From Roseibacillus sp. (lineage in GTDB: Bacteria; Verrucomicrobiota; Verrucomicrobiia; Verrucomicrobiales; Akkermansiaceae): a stretch of 64,000 nucleotides of DNA. Positions within the stretch are counted from its first letter, which is position 1; each line of letters begins with the position of its first letter. The stretch is taken from positions 320,001-384,000 of the forward strand of contig CBDEUM010000029.1 in assembly GCA_965242925.1 (NCBI GenBank), in the 5' to 3' direction. Below the pieces are notes generated by a model. It made no database searches and had not been told where the DNA came from. It saw nothing but the letters and a program-made list of their open reading frames with translations. A program made the position numbers and the translations under genes. Below, in pieces: positions 8,818 through 19,500 of the stretch.

Positions 8818-10260
8818 TCAAAGCTGATCGGCAAGGGGTTCCACGAATGGATTGAACCAGCTTCGAGTGTCCTCGAGGGTGAGACGCTTGGACACCGCAA
8901 AGTCTTTTGCGAAGACGCGCCGGGCAAGTTCCCTGACCGCGGGGGGGTCGGAGTAGGAAATGTTCAATTCGTAGCTGATCTGCAGGCTATGGGTGTCAAG
9001 GTTGGTGGCCCCTACTGTTGCCCAGCCATCGCAGATGGTGGCCTTCATGTGCGTCATTCCGGGATAGCGATAGACGATTGCACCGGCCCGCAGGAGCACT
9101 CCGGCAGCCTGGTGGTTGGCGAGGTCCATGGTCTTCTCGATAGGGTCGTCGGGGAGGACTGGAATGATGACCCGCACGTCGACCCCCCGGTTGCAGGCAG
9201 CGATAAGAGCATCGAGAATCCGGTCACTGGTGATGTATTCGTTTTCGATCCAGACCCGGCTGCGGCTGGCCCGAATGGCTCTCAGGGTGGCCTCCAGTGG
9301 TTCCCGGCGCCCTTCCAGGAGATTGGTGCTCAGCACGCGGATGGGAAAGGATCCCGGTGGAGGTGGCCCGGCTCGCGGACTGAATCCGGGAGGTGTCCGT
9401 AGCAGGGAGAGGTCGCCAAGGGGATGAGCAAATCGCCACTTCTTGTCAAACTCGGGCTGGAGCTGGTCCACCACCGGCCCGCGTACGCGGACCATGAGGT
9501 CGTGCCATTCGGAGTAATATTCGCGACCGATATTGATTCCCCCGAGGAGGGCGGTACGCCCATCAAAGACGAGCAGCTTGCAGTGATCCAGCACGGCCCA
9601 GGGATTCAGGATGCGGCGCAATTGGAGAGAGGAGTCGCGGCGCAGGTAGCGGGCCATGTCCGGGACTGCGCGAAATCCCGCAGGTGCCGGGGTGTGCGGC
9701 TCCAGGCTCGCCGAGACAGTGGTTCCGATGTCGTCGAGAAGAATCCGGGTGGGGACCGAGCGGCCATGGTTCTTCACCAGGTCGGCGTAGTGCACGCTGA
9801 TGTCGTCGTTGTCCCAGATGTAGAGCTGCAGGTCGATCGATTCACGGGCATTGCGCAGTTCCTCTTCAAGGGCGGGAAAGAACTCCGGCCCATCTACCAG
9901 CAGTTCCACCGTGCCGGGTGTGGGAGCGGGCAGCCCGAGGCGGGTCAGGCTGGCGGAAAACTCCAGGCTGCCGGGAATTCCGCTGGTGCGGGGTGGGGGA
10001 TCGACCAGGAAAGGGATGTTTCCCCGCACCAGCTCCTCGGCCCGCTGTATCAACATCGCCAGTCCCAGTCTGGTCGAGGTGACCGGGCTCCGGACCTTGG
10101 AGAGGAGGCTGGCTCGTCCGGCCATGGCGCTCATCTGGACCGTGCTCACCAGAGGGCCGTTCACCTGGGTGTCTGGACGGTTGGTACAGGACGAAATCAG
10201 TAAGGCAAGAGTGAGAGCGAGCGAAATCGCGCGTCCGGGCAGAATCAATGGATTCATCAC
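8818..10260 (-). CDS. Cardiolipin-synthase-like phospholipase D, possible lipoprotein
   Basis: Two HKD motifs (DHCKLLVFDG..GGINIG, THMKATICDG..GATNLD), WHDLMVRVRGP, and lipobox-like LLISSC. The start overlaps the upstream gene's stop. Confidence 0.88.
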   Translation of the reverse strand: MMNPLILPGRAISLALTLALLISSCTNRPDTQVNGPLVSTVQMSAMAGRASLLSKVRSPVTSTRLGLAMLIQRAEELVRGNIPFLVDPPPRTSGIPGSLEFSASLTRLGLPAPTPGTVELLVDGPEFFPALEEELRNARESIDLQLYIWDNDDISVHYADLVKNHGRSVPTRILLDDIGTTVSASLEPHTPAPAGFRAVPDMARYLRRDSSLQLRRILNPWAVLDHCKLLVFDGRTALLGGINIGREYYSEWHDLMVRVRGPVVDQLQPEFDKKWRFAHPLGDLSLLRTPPGFSPRAGPPPPGSFPIRVLSTNLLEGRREPLEATLRAIRASRSRVWIENEYITSDRILDALIAACNRGVDVRVIIPVLPDDPIEKTMDLANHQAAGVLLRAGAIVYRYPGMTHMKATICDGWATVGATNLDTHSLQISYELNISYSDPPAVRELARRVFAKDFAVSKRLTLEDTRSWFNPFVEPLADQL

Positions 10261-11576
10261 TTCCCTTTCTCCGCAATACAGTAAACCGATTTGTCACCTC
10301 TCAGAATAATTGCTCCTTCCACCAGGGCGGCACTGGCGCTGAAGCTATCGTCGAGTTTGTTGAGGGAGAGGGCTTCTGGTTTCTCGCCGGAGGAGAATAC
10401 GAGGGTTTGGCCGTCAAGGGATGTAATGTAGATGCGGCCCGCGGCAGCGACGGGCGAGGCGTAGACATTGCCGATACCTGTCAGGCGTGCCCGTTCATAA
10501 ACTGGTTCCCCGGTGATGGCCTTGCGGCAGGTGAGCACCCCCTGGTAATGGCGGTGGTAGTAAACGAGGCCGTCGTAGAGGAGAAGGGAAGGAACGTAGG
10601 GTGTGTCGCGGCGTTTGATCCAGGAGACATTCCCGCCACCGGTCAGATCACCGGCAGCGCCATCCAGCCTGATCCCGAGGATAGCCTGTTTCTCGTAACT
10701 CGATCCACAGATGACCAGTCCCTCCTGTGAGACGGGACCGGCCACCACGTTGTGGGAGAGTCCTCCGCATTCCCAGAGGAGGTTGCCGTTGGCGAGATCA
10801 TAGCTGCGGATCCGGTTGGCGGCGGAGACCACCACCTGCACGGGATCGGTGTGGGTGAGGATGTGGGGTGATGACCAGGAGGTGGGTTCGTCGCGGTCCC
10901 TGCGCCAGCGTTGGGCACCGGTCTTCGTATCGAAGGCCACGATGAAGGAGGGGCCTTCGTGATCCCAGTTTACCACCAGGGTGTCACCGTGTAGCGCGGG
11001 GGAGGCTCCTTCCCCGTGCCCGTGCTTGGTGTGCATGTCGCCCAGGTCCTTTTCCCAGAGGACATTTCCCTTCAGGTCGAGCGCGAAAATCCCATTGGAT
11101 CCGAAGAAGGCATAGATCCGTTCGCCGTCAGTGATGGGGGAAGCGGAGGCATAGCTGCCGGTATCATGGCGACTCTCGTGAGGGATGCTGTCCCGCACGG
11201 TTTTTTGCCAGGCGATCTTCCCGTTGGAGCGGTTGATTGCGAGTACGACGAACTTCATCTGCCGCACCTTGAGGATATTGTCATGCGCGCCGGGCCGCAC
11301 CCCGGCTGGAGGCGGGACCGGCGTGCCATGGGCGATGGCAGCGGTGAGGTAGATCCGGTCAGCCCAGACCACGGGTGAAGAATGACCCTTTCCTGGCAGG
11401 GAAACCTTCCACTTGATGTTCCTGGACTCGCTCCACTCTACCGGGGGGTCCGCCTTGGTCGCCACTCCGGTATCGAGAGGCCCCCGCCATTGGGCCCAGT
11501 AACGTTCGTCGTTGGATCCCTCCGCTGCCGCATACAGCGGAACGAGAGTGGCGGCAAAGAACCACGAGCCTTTCAT
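10257..11576 (-). CDS. Secreted PQQ-like beta-propeller protein (PVC type)
   Basis: WAQWRGP, PPVEWSE..NIKWK, GHSSPVV, YASASPITDG, WSSP, YASPVAA, FSASAAL. Confidence 0.88.
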   Translation of the reverse strand: MKGSWFFAATLVPLYAAAEGSNDERYWAQWRGPLDTGVATKADPPVEWSESRNIKWKVSLPGKGHSSPVVWADRIYLTAAIAHGTPVPPPAGVRPGAHDNILKVRQMKFVVLAINRSNGKIAWQKTVRDSIPHESRHDTGSYASASPITDGERIYAFFGSNGIFALDLKGNVLWEKDLGDMHTKHGHGEGASPALHGDTLVVNWDHEGPSFIVAFDTKTGAQRWRRDRDEPTSWSSPHILTHTDPVQVVVSAANRIRSYDLANGNLLWECGGLSHNVVAGPVSQEGLVICGSSYEKQAILGIRLDGAAGDLTGGGNVSWIKRRDTPYVPSLLLYDGLVYYHRHYQGVLTCRKAITGEPVYERARLTGIGNVYASPVAAAGRIYITSLDGQTLVFSSGEKPEALSLNKLDDSFSASAALVEGAIILRGDKSVYCIAEKGK

Positions 11577-11672
11577 TCCGGGATGGAATCAGGAGGCGTG
11601 CCTCGCTGTCGAGTCGGAACGAGTTTTCAATTGCAGCCTTGGAGGGGGAGGCTCAGAGGACTTGGCAGCACT

Positions 11673-12641
11673 TCACCGGTGGGCGCGTCGTTGGAGGAGA
11701 ATCCCGATGATCAGCGCGGCTTCGAAGAGGGGGAAAAGCAGCAGGCCTGGGGGTTGCGCGGGGAAGGGGAGACTCCAGTAGTATTCCCGAAGCAAGTAAT
11801 GGATGAAGCCGTGGAGGAGTCCAAGCCAGCAAAGTGCGATGAGAGCTCGTTGGATACGGGGGGAGAGGACGAGGCGTTCCTGGTCCGCCCGCACGCAGTA
11901 GAGAAAAGTGAGGGGAAGGTAGACCAGGAGCAGACGTGCGAAGTCGATCCCGAAAAGAAGGATCGTAAACAAATGGAAAAGGGGAACGACGAGGACGATC
12001 CAGCGCCGGAAAGGAGGGAGAAGAGCAAGCGGAACACAGAGCTCAAACCAGACCGTGAGTTGATCGAGGATTTCCCAGCCCCAGCCGGGAAGGTTGGTGA
12101 GGGACCACGCGAGGAGGGGTTCCGTCTTTCCGTAGGCATGGAAGTAGGTCAGGGCCCAGGAAAGAGTGGCCTGAGTGTTGAGATCGAGCCACCCGCCGAC
12201 CACCTTCGCCATTCCCGAGGAGGCGAAGTAAACGGCGAGACAGAAGAGAAGCGCGCGTTTTGGCTTAACCCCGGGAAGGGTCAGAAAAAACGGGAGAAGG
12301 AGAACGACAAAATCGTGGTCGATCTTGCCCGCGGAGTAGAAGAACCCGCTCGTGGAGGTCAGGCAGAGGGTCAGGCCTGCTCCCACGATCCATTTTCCCC
12401 ACCCGGCTACCCACAAGGCGAAGAAAAGAAAGGTTGCGCAATTGGTTGCGCTAATCAGCCCCAGCGGGGGATAGCTTTCGAAGAGGGTGAAGGGTCCGAG
12501 CGGGGGATGGAAATGGTCCTCCCCCAGAACGATGAGCGAGCGGGGCGACTTCAGCGGGAAGAAGAGCAGAATCAGCCCCGTGTAAGTAAGGCGCCCGAGA
12601 ACAAGTGCATCGTTCTGGTGCAGGCGGAGGGGATCAGTCAT
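11673..12641 (-). CDS. Polytopic membrane protein, HTTM-like
   Basis: About 8-10 hydrophobic segments, GKIDH, YFASSGMAKV..GWLD, WFEL, FHL....FGIDF. The ATG at 12641 overlaps the upstream stop. Confidence 0.65.
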   Translation of the reverse strand: MTDPLRLHQNDALVLGRLTYTGLILLFFPLKSPRSLIVLGEDHFHPPLGPFTLFESYPPLGLISATNCATFLFFALWVAGWGKWIVGAGLTLCLTSTSGFFYSAGKIDHDFVVLLLPFFLTLPGVKPKRALLFCLAVYFASSGMAKVVGGWLDLNTQATLSWALTYFHAYGKTEPLLAWSLTNLPGWGWEILDQLTVWFELCVPLALLPPFRRWIVLVVPLFHLFTILLFGIDFARLLLVYLPLTFLYCVRADQERLVLSPRIQRALIALCWLGLLHGFIHYLLREYYWSLPFPAQPPGLLLFPLFEAALIIGILLQRRAHR

Positions 12642-13083
12642 GGATGATGTCCTCTTCACCGATCAGTTCGGGCGGGGCATTGAGCGGGGCGTGAAACTTG
12701 TAGGCGGACCATTCCACATGAGAGAAGTCTTCTGTGTTTCCGGGACGGAGGCTTGAGCTGCGAAGAGAATGCCCGATGAGAAACTCACGGGCGGCAGAGC
12801 CTGAAAGGGACGGGGCAAGCTGGGAAAAATTCCGCTGGGCAGGGATTCCAAGGGTCTCGTGTCGGAGCAGTTTCCCGGAAGAGGGCAGGTTCGTTTCATC
12901 GCCCGTCTCTCGATAGAAGGGCACGTAGATGGTTCGGTCCTTCTGGAGGTGTCCGGCGAAGAGGGGACCCTGCAGTGAGGGGTAGGGCTCGCCGAGGGTA
13001 AAGATGCAGAGGACGTGGCCGGCGGCGATTGCGTAGGCGACGAGCAGTAGTCGACCTCGTCGAATTCCCGATGGCGATTCCAC
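12634..13083 (-). CDS. Small membrane-anchored hypothetical protein coupled to the HTTM-like gene
   Basis: GTG start chosen at 13083. N-terminal hydrophobic helix followed by GEPYPSLQGPLF; 8-nt overlap with the downstream gene. Confidence 0.5.
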   Translation of the reverse strand: MESPSGIRRGRLLLVAYAIAAGHVLCIFTLGEPYPSLQGPLFAGHLQKDRTIYVPFYRETGDETNLPSSGKLLRHETLGIPAQRNFSQLAPSLSGSAAREFLIGHSLRSSSLRPGNTEDFSHVEWSAYKFHAPLNAPPELIGEEDIIHD

Positions 13084-13148
13084 GTCGCAGTGAACCGCGT
13101 GGATGGAGGGATCGTCAACGCATTCCCCGTATTCCCATGGGACGGAGG

Positions 13149-14975
13149 TTACCGTGGCGGGAGGTCCGTGGACTCGTCTGAAGCATTTTCCCCGGCGATG
13201 CCGAGGAGAATCCGGGCCTCTTGGAGGGGGCGGGCTTCGGCCCATTGGCGGGCCTGCTGGCGCATTTTGTTGATCGCTTCACGGTGCCCGTTCCTCGCTT
13301 CGTCGCTGTCGTCCTCAAAGGGGGCCTCGGGCCAGTCCCAGTTGTCGGTGCGGAAGGAGGGGATCGGGATGATGCGCTCATGGTGTCCGCTGTTGACAGC
13401 GTTACCGAGCGGGTTGCGTGCCCAGGCGTAACGGACCGCGACCGGTTTGGGGACGAGGGGGCTCCAGACCTTCAGCCTGCGTTCATCTTTCTGCTCGCGT
13501 CCACGGTCGTCCTTGCCTTTGACCACGAACTCGGCGTGGGCGGGCACGAAGTGACGATCCTCGCCCGCGATGGCGAATCCCTCGAAGGGTCGGCCATCGT
13601 GGACCCGCACCATGCCGTTAAAACTGAGGATCATGTGGCCGGCCCCGGCCTCGGACTGCTCCAGGGTAGTGGGTTTCCAGCGGAGTTGCGATTGGCCGTA
13701 GTGGATAGCCAGGGCCCAGCGTGCCATCCGCTCACCGTGCAGGACCTTTTTGTGAGGGTGGTACCAGGGAACCTGCTGGTCGTAGGCGGGCATGAAGCAG
13801 ACATGCTCCAGCTCCCGGGCGGCTCCGGACTGTCCCTCGCGGATGAAAGGGGCGGCATCGACCATGCGGATCTCGAAGTTCTCGCGGGTTTGTGGCTGTC
13901 CGCCCGGGGTGAGTCCGATGATGCCAAAGGGCATATCCTGGTCGCGAAAGGCTCGTCGCCAGTCGCGGATCATGGATTGCATGACCTTGGCGTAGAGGCG
14001 GGGTCGCGCGTTACCGAGGGCGTTGTTGTAGCCCTGATTGAAGATGGCGCCCTTGATGCTGGCATTGCTGAAGGAAGAGAGCATTCCGTTGAAGGAGGCC
14101 CCGGGATTATTGCGGTCGGTGGCGGGATTCTGGTCAGGTTCGGTGGGCTTGGGGTTGGGTTTTTCCCCGCGGGCCACCCGGCGCTCGCTGTCCTTTTCCC
14201 AGCGTTCGATACGGGCCTTCAGGCTCGCTTCCGCATCATAGGCGGCAATCTTGCGGTCCCATTCGTCGGTGAGCCCCTTCGCTTCCGGGATGGTGCTCAG
14301 CATCGATCGTGAGGTCCAGGCCTCCGCGGTGGTTCCTCCCCACGAGTTGTCGATCAGGCCGATGGGCACGCCCGAGACGAGGTGGAGACGCTTGCCGAAG
14401 ATGTAGCCGATGGCGCTGAAGCGTTCCACCGCCTTGGGAGTGCACTGGGACCAACTCCCCTTTTGCTCATGGCGGCGCTCCCAGGAGTTGAATTCATTGA
14501 GACGGTCCATGTCTCGGAAGGCGGAGGGGCCGGCCTCCTGCGGCACGGTGAGGAGGCGGATCAGGGGATGGTTGGCGGAGGCCACCTCCATGTCTCCGTG
14601 GTAGACGTAGCTGATCACATCCTCCATGTTGCTCTGTCCTCCGCAGACCCAGATGTCCCCGACGAGAATGTGGTCATAGGTGATGGTGGTCTCCCCGCTT
14701 CGAATCGTCATGGCCCTGCCCTGGGTGCTGGCGGGCAGGGCTTCCAGTTCCATGAGCCAATGACCCTGGTCATCCGCTTTCACGGTCAGGTCGCGCGTGG
14801 CGAATCTCACCTGCACGTTTTCCCCGGGCTGAGCGCTGCCCCACACGCGGATGGGCTTGTCTCGTTGGATGACCATGTGCTCACCGAAGAAGTGAGCAAC
14901 GGTGAGCTCGGCATGGATGAGGGAAGGCAGGAACAGGAAAAGCAGAGCGAGGGACGAGGCGAGCTGGCGTGTCAT
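13149..14975 (-). CDS. Secreted sialate O-acetylesterase-like SGNH hydrolase (SASA family)
   Basis: Start at MTRQLASSL (signal peptide). Motifs HMVIQRD..I.VWG, GDIWVCGGQSNME, FSAIGY.FG..L, VPIGLI...WGGT..EAW, PVAVRYAW, PSFRTD.W. Confidence 0.88.
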   Translation of the reverse strand: MTRQLASSLALLFLFLPSLIHAELTVAHFFGEHMVIQRDKPIRVWGSAQPGENVQVRFATRDLTVKADDQGHWLMELEALPASTQGRAMTIRSGETTITYDHILVGDIWVCGGQSNMEDVISYVYHGDMEVASANHPLIRLLTVPQEAGPSAFRDMDRLNEFNSWERRHEQKGSWSQCTPKAVERFSAIGYIFGKRLHLVSGVPIGLIDNSWGGTTAEAWTSRSMLSTIPEAKGLTDEWDRKIAAYDAEASLKARIERWEKDSERRVARGEKPNPKPTEPDQNPATDRNNPGASFNGMLSSFSNASIKGAIFNQGYNNALGNARPRLYAKVMQSMIRDWRRAFRDQDMPFGIIGLTPGGQPQTRENFEIRMVDAAPFIREGQSGAARELEHVCFMPAYDQQVPWYHPHKKVLHGERMARWALAIHYGQSQLRWKPTTLEQSEAGAGHMILSFNGMVRVHDGRPFEGFAIAGEDRHFVPAHAEFVVKGKDDRGREQKDERRLKVWSPLVPKPVAVRYAWARNPLGNAVNSGHHERIIPIPSFRTDNWDWPEAPFEDDSDEARNGHREAINKMRQQARQWAEARPLQEARILLGIAGENASDESTDLPPR

Positions 14976-15067
14976 GGGAGAGCTATCGCATGCCCGGCCG
15001 GGAAGGGCAATGTCCGGGGGTGGCACGGTCCTCCCGGGCGCCTCCCGGGGCCAGTTGGTGGATCTCC

Positions 15068-16399
15068 CTACACCTCCGCCAGTGGTGTGGCGGAGTCGCC
15101 GAAACGGTCGAGACGGATACCAAACTTGTCCATCAGGCTCAGGAAGAGACTGCACATCTGACGGTTGGGCTTGTCGCGGTAGTCGAGAATGCGGCCGCCC
15201 TGGAGTTTCCCCCCGCCACCCCCGAGGATGGTGACCGGGAGCTGGGTTGCATCGTGCCCGCCGATGAGCATGCTGGAGCTCATCATGATGATGGAATTGT
15301 CCAGGCAGGTGCGTTCGCCCTCCTGGATGGCGTCCAGTTTGTCTGCGATGTAGGCGAACTGCCTGAAGAAGAAGTTGTTGACCTTGAGCCAGTCCTCGCT
15401 GTCGCGGTGGGAAAGGAGGTGGTGGATCATGTAGTCCACACCGAGGTTGGGGAAACGCAGCGAGGAATGGTCGTTGTTGAGCTTGAGGCTGCACACGCGG
15501 GTGGTATCGGTCTGGAAGGCCAGGACCATGATGTCACACATGAGCTTCATGTGTTCGCCGATGTCCTGGGGAATGCCGTCCGCCGGTCGCGGAATGAGCG
15601 GTTTGTCGAGGGTGGGTCGCCAGCCCTGGAGCTCACCACGCTGGCCGGCGTTCTCAATCCGCTGTTCCACCTCCCGCACGGAATTGAGATATTCATCGAG
15701 CTTCTGTTGATCATGCGAGCTCACCCTGCGGCGAAGGTCTCCGGCTTCCTCCAGGATCGAGTCGAGCACGCTGCGGTCACCGGGATGTTCGCCGTGCTTG
15801 AAGAGACGGTCGAAGGCGAGTGCCGGATAGACTTCCAGCGGGGTGGGGGTAGTGGGAGAGCTCCACGAGATGTGAGAGCTGTAGATCATCGAGTAGTTTT
15901 TGTGGATTGACGGATTGGCCTTTTCGCAGCCGAGGACCAGGCTGGGCACCCTGGAGGTGCGACCGTAGCGCTGGGCGATGATCTGGTCGAAGCTGGTGCC
16001 TGATCTGATTTGGCCACCCGGGGCCAGAGGCGCACCCGAGAGCAGGTTGCCCGTCATGGAACTGTGGATGTTCCCCTTGAGGGCTTCCGCGTTGAAGAGG
16101 CCGCGAATGAAGAGGAGCTTTTCACGGTGGGGAGTGAGGGGTTCGAGGACCCGGCCCAGCTTCATCTCCCTGCCCTCACCCTCCGCACGGTATTCGGCCT
16201 TGTGGAAGCCGTTTCCAGCAAAGAGGACGCCCAGGCGCAGTGGGGCTTCCGCGCCCGGTTGTTTCGGTTTGGGCTCGTCGGCGAAGGAGGGCAGGGACTC
16301 GAACCAGGGGAGGGCCATGCTCACGCCGAGGCCCCGCAGGACCGTGCGGCGGGAGAGCTCACGCTTGCGTAGACAGTTCCGGTCCCGGCGAATCTTCAT
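15068..16399 (-). CDS. DUF1552 family protein (Tat-like N-terminus), partner of DUF1592 proteins
   Basis: LSRRTVLRGLGVSMALPWFESL, SFDQIIA, SLVLG.E, ISWS, AFDRLF, KLDEYL.SVREVE.RI, LAFQTD.TRV, HH.LSH. Confidence 0.9.
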   Translation of the reverse strand: MKIRRDRNCLRKRELSRRTVLRGLGVSMALPWFESLPSFADEPKPKQPGAEAPLRLGVLFAGNGFHKAEYRAEGEGREMKLGRVLEPLTPHREKLLFIRGLFNAEALKGNIHSSMTGNLLSGAPLAPGGQIRSGTSFDQIIAQRYGRTSRVPSLVLGCEKANPSIHKNYSMIYSSHISWSSPTTPTPLEVYPALAFDRLFKHGEHPGDRSVLDSILEEAGDLRRRVSSHDQQKLDEYLNSVREVEQRIENAGQRGELQGWRPTLDKPLIPRPADGIPQDIGEHMKLMCDIMVLAFQTDTTRVCSLKLNNDHSSLRFPNLGVDYMIHHLLSHRDSEDWLKVNNFFFRQFAYIADKLDAIQEGERTCLDNSIIMMSSSMLIGGHDATQLPVTILGGGGGKLQGGRILDYRDKPNRQMCSLFLSLMDKFGIRLDRFGDSATPLAEV

Positions 16400-16456
16400 T
16401 CGGGTCAGCATAGCGGGAGTTTCGTGCAGTGAAATGCAAAAACGGATTGAAGTGAG

Positions 16457-16500
16457 TGTTCCTGTCTGCCGTCCGGGACACCGGTCGGCAGGCAGGAACA
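16457..16500. repeat. Intergenic inverted repeat/hairpin between the DUF1592 and DUF1552 genes
   Basis: TGTTCCTGTCTGCCG...CGGCAGGCAGGAACA (15-bp arms, one mismatch) with an inner CCGG-gaca-CCGG. Confidence 0.7.
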
Positions 16501-16510
16501 AACGATGATG

Positions 16511-19500
16511 CTACTCTGGAGCACTCCGGATTTCGCGGAACTGCCTGCTGAGCACGATGGTCTCCACGAGGGTTCTCACCCTGTAGTCGTCCCCCTTGAG
16601 CCGGACCATCAGTTCGTCGAGGAGGGGTTCATCCGAAAGTTGAACTTCGCGGCCGAGGGCATAGCCGAGGAGTTTGCGGCAGAAGTAGCGGACAAAGGTG
16701 TCACCGCGCTCCTCCAGCAGGTAGGTCCGCAGACCATCGAGTCCGCGAATGGCCGCACCGTCGGGGAGGGTCGCGGAGGTGTCCCGGCCCTCCCGTGAGC
16801 GCCCAATGGTGTCGAAGGCCTCCAGGGCGAAGCCGTAAGGATCGATGCGGTCGTGGCATTTGGCACAGGCGGGTTCGGAACTGTGTTTCTGAATCAACTC
16901 GCGCGCAGTGAGGCCCGTTGGAACCTGATCGGGCAGGGTGGGAACGTCCTTCGGCGGCTTGGGCAGTTTTTCGCCGAGAAGGGTTTCGGAAATCCAGGTT
17001 CCCCGCAGAATGGGACTGGTCCGGGAGGCGCCGGAGTGCTTGGCAAGAGTGCTGGCAAACCCGAGGATGCCGCCCCGGTTCAGCCGCCGGAGACCGCTGA
17101 CTCGCTGCCAGCCTCCGGTGGGTGGGGGCAGGCGGTAGAATCTTGCCAGCTCGGCGTCAGCAAAGGTGTGATCCGAGTTGAGGAGGGAGAGAATGGATCG
17201 GTTGTTCTGGAAGAAGTCGGTGAAAAACCGGACGGCCTCCTCGTACATTTTTCCGCGGAGCTTCGCGAACTCCGGATAGAGTTTCTCGTTCTTCTCCTGG
17301 TGCTGGTCGAAGTCGCGGATATTGAGCCACTGGCAACCGAAGTGGATGGCGAGTCTCCGCGTACCGTCGTCGTCAAGCATGCGCCGGGTTTCGCGGATCA
17401 GGACCTCGTCGGTGAATGCTTCGTTGCGAGCCACGGTCAACAGGTGGATGTCGGGAGTGGAGGAGCTCAGGAAGTAGGAGAGGCGGGTGGCCATCTCCCA
17501 GTTGTTGATCGGTCCCTGCGTGGGTTCCAGGGCGGGTGTTTCGGTTTTATAGAGGAAGGGGGCGGAGCTGAAGAGGCGGGCGAGGGTGAGGCGGCAGGCC
17601 TTCTCATGGGAAAATTTCTCTGCCCGGAGACGGGCGTAGAGTGCCGGGACGGCCTGCAGTTCTTCGCTGGTGAGTGGTCTGCGATAGAGGGTAGAGGCAA
17701 ATGTCGTGAGGGCCTCCAGATGCCGCTTTTCGGCTGACAGGAGTTGCCGGTCGAGCCCGGCGGCACGTTTGCGGATGGCCGTCTCCATTGGTTCGAACTT
17801 GGAGGGATCGGCGTCCTGAGTGGCAAACTGCCAGATCTGTTCGTAGGCGGTTACCAGCCGGTGGGGTTCGCGTTTTACGAAGCGGAGTTGCTTCCACAGC
17901 GCGTCGATTTTCTTCATCTCGTGCTCGTCCAGCATGAGGCGTTCGAGGTGTTCGTCTTCGCGGTGATAGAGGAGCAGGGTCACCACCTCGTCAGCAGGCA
18001 CGATCCGTGCGTAACACATGGCGGCCGGGAAGAGATTGCGGTATTCGTCCAGGGCTCGCTTCATGTTCTCCATGGACCCGGGGCCGGATTGCACCACGAG
18101 GGGCAGGGAGGGGTCGAGGGTGGCTGTGTCCTGCCGGGGAGCCGGACCAGGGCCTCCCTGCAGTTGAACCACGGCCTTCTCCCCACCGGATGGGTTGATG
18201 GTTCCGCGAGCCACGAATTCCGCACCGGTGACGAGGGTCGGGGGGAGCTTGAATTCGAGAGGAGAGCCGGCAGGCACAATGAGGTTGCCGTCCTTGTCGA
18301 AGCGGTCGTCCTGTCGGCCATTCTGTTGCTGCCGCCGGGCCAGTTCGGCAAAGTCGAGAGCAGAAAAGAGCGGGCCCTGGAGTGAAGTCAGGTGCTGGTG
18401 GGTGGCACGATCGGATTCAGAGGCCTGGTCCGCAGGGGAGTCGTGCAGCAGTTCCTGGACCCGGAGTGCGATTTCGTTCGAGCGAGCGGGATCCTTCTCG
18501 CGCAGCCATCGCTCCAGGATTGAGTCGGGAAGGACCCCGGATTCCTTCGGGCGGCTGTCATTCATGCCGCCGTAGAAGTGCCACACCGCAGGATGGCCGT
18601 GGTGATCGGGGTGGGGATTGCCCGCCAGCATGTCATCTGCGCAATCGCCGGACAGTGACCACTTGCGCTGGGTTCCGCCCAGTTCCTCGATGGTGAGATC
18701 AATCTCGGTGAGGTCGCAGCTGTGGTTGTTGTCGCGCGCACCGATGATGATCGAGAGGAGGTCGCCCTTCCGGACGTCAAGAGCGGAAACGGGTTCGATC
18801 CGGGCCGTCTGGCCCTGATCAAGGTTGGCGGATCGTAGGATTCGCGTGAGGCCGGCACGTCTCAGGTTGACGGACCACGCCACTCCGTTACCGCAGGAGC
18901 CGTGGGCATCCTGGACGTGTGGCGTTACTTTCACCTGCCCGGTAAATGGGCTCATCCAGCCGGTGGCGATCCATCGTTCCGGTCGCGGGTGGGTGACGAT
19001 GTGATGGGGTCGGAGGTGGCCGGGAATTCGGACCGCCTGGTCGGACGAATTGCCGAGGAGCGAGTAGTCGGCTACTCCCTTGAGGGTCCAGCCGTTCACG
19101 AAATCGTAATCGCGGACTGCCGGGATTTTCTCGTTGAGATGTTCCCCGATCTTCAACCGGCCACCGGAGATGCCAAGGTAGGATGCCCATCCCGCGAGAA
19201 CACCGGGATGAAGCGAGCGCTCCCCGGCTACTCGGCTGAGGTTGGCTGCATCTCCGCTCCTCCGCAGCTCCGAGGCGGCGGCAAGGTAGTCCGCAGTCCG
19301 GGCAAGACTCCTGCCGCGGAGCAGTTCCACTTCCGCGGCGGCGGCCTCCAGGTCCCGCAGGAAAATGGGATCCTTTCCCGGTCGCACGATGCGGGGTTGC
19401 TGCCACTGGACCTTGCCGCCGTTACCAAGGTGGCGCCCAATGAGGTGAATGCTGTTGGTTCCGGGGGTCAGCTTGACCCGGATATCGTGGTGGGAGGCGA

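Noticed and set aside
8818..10260. Anti-phage PLD nuclease
   Set aside because: The two-HKD cardiolipin-synthase-like layout and the lack of helicase or defence neighbours argue for a lipid enzyme.
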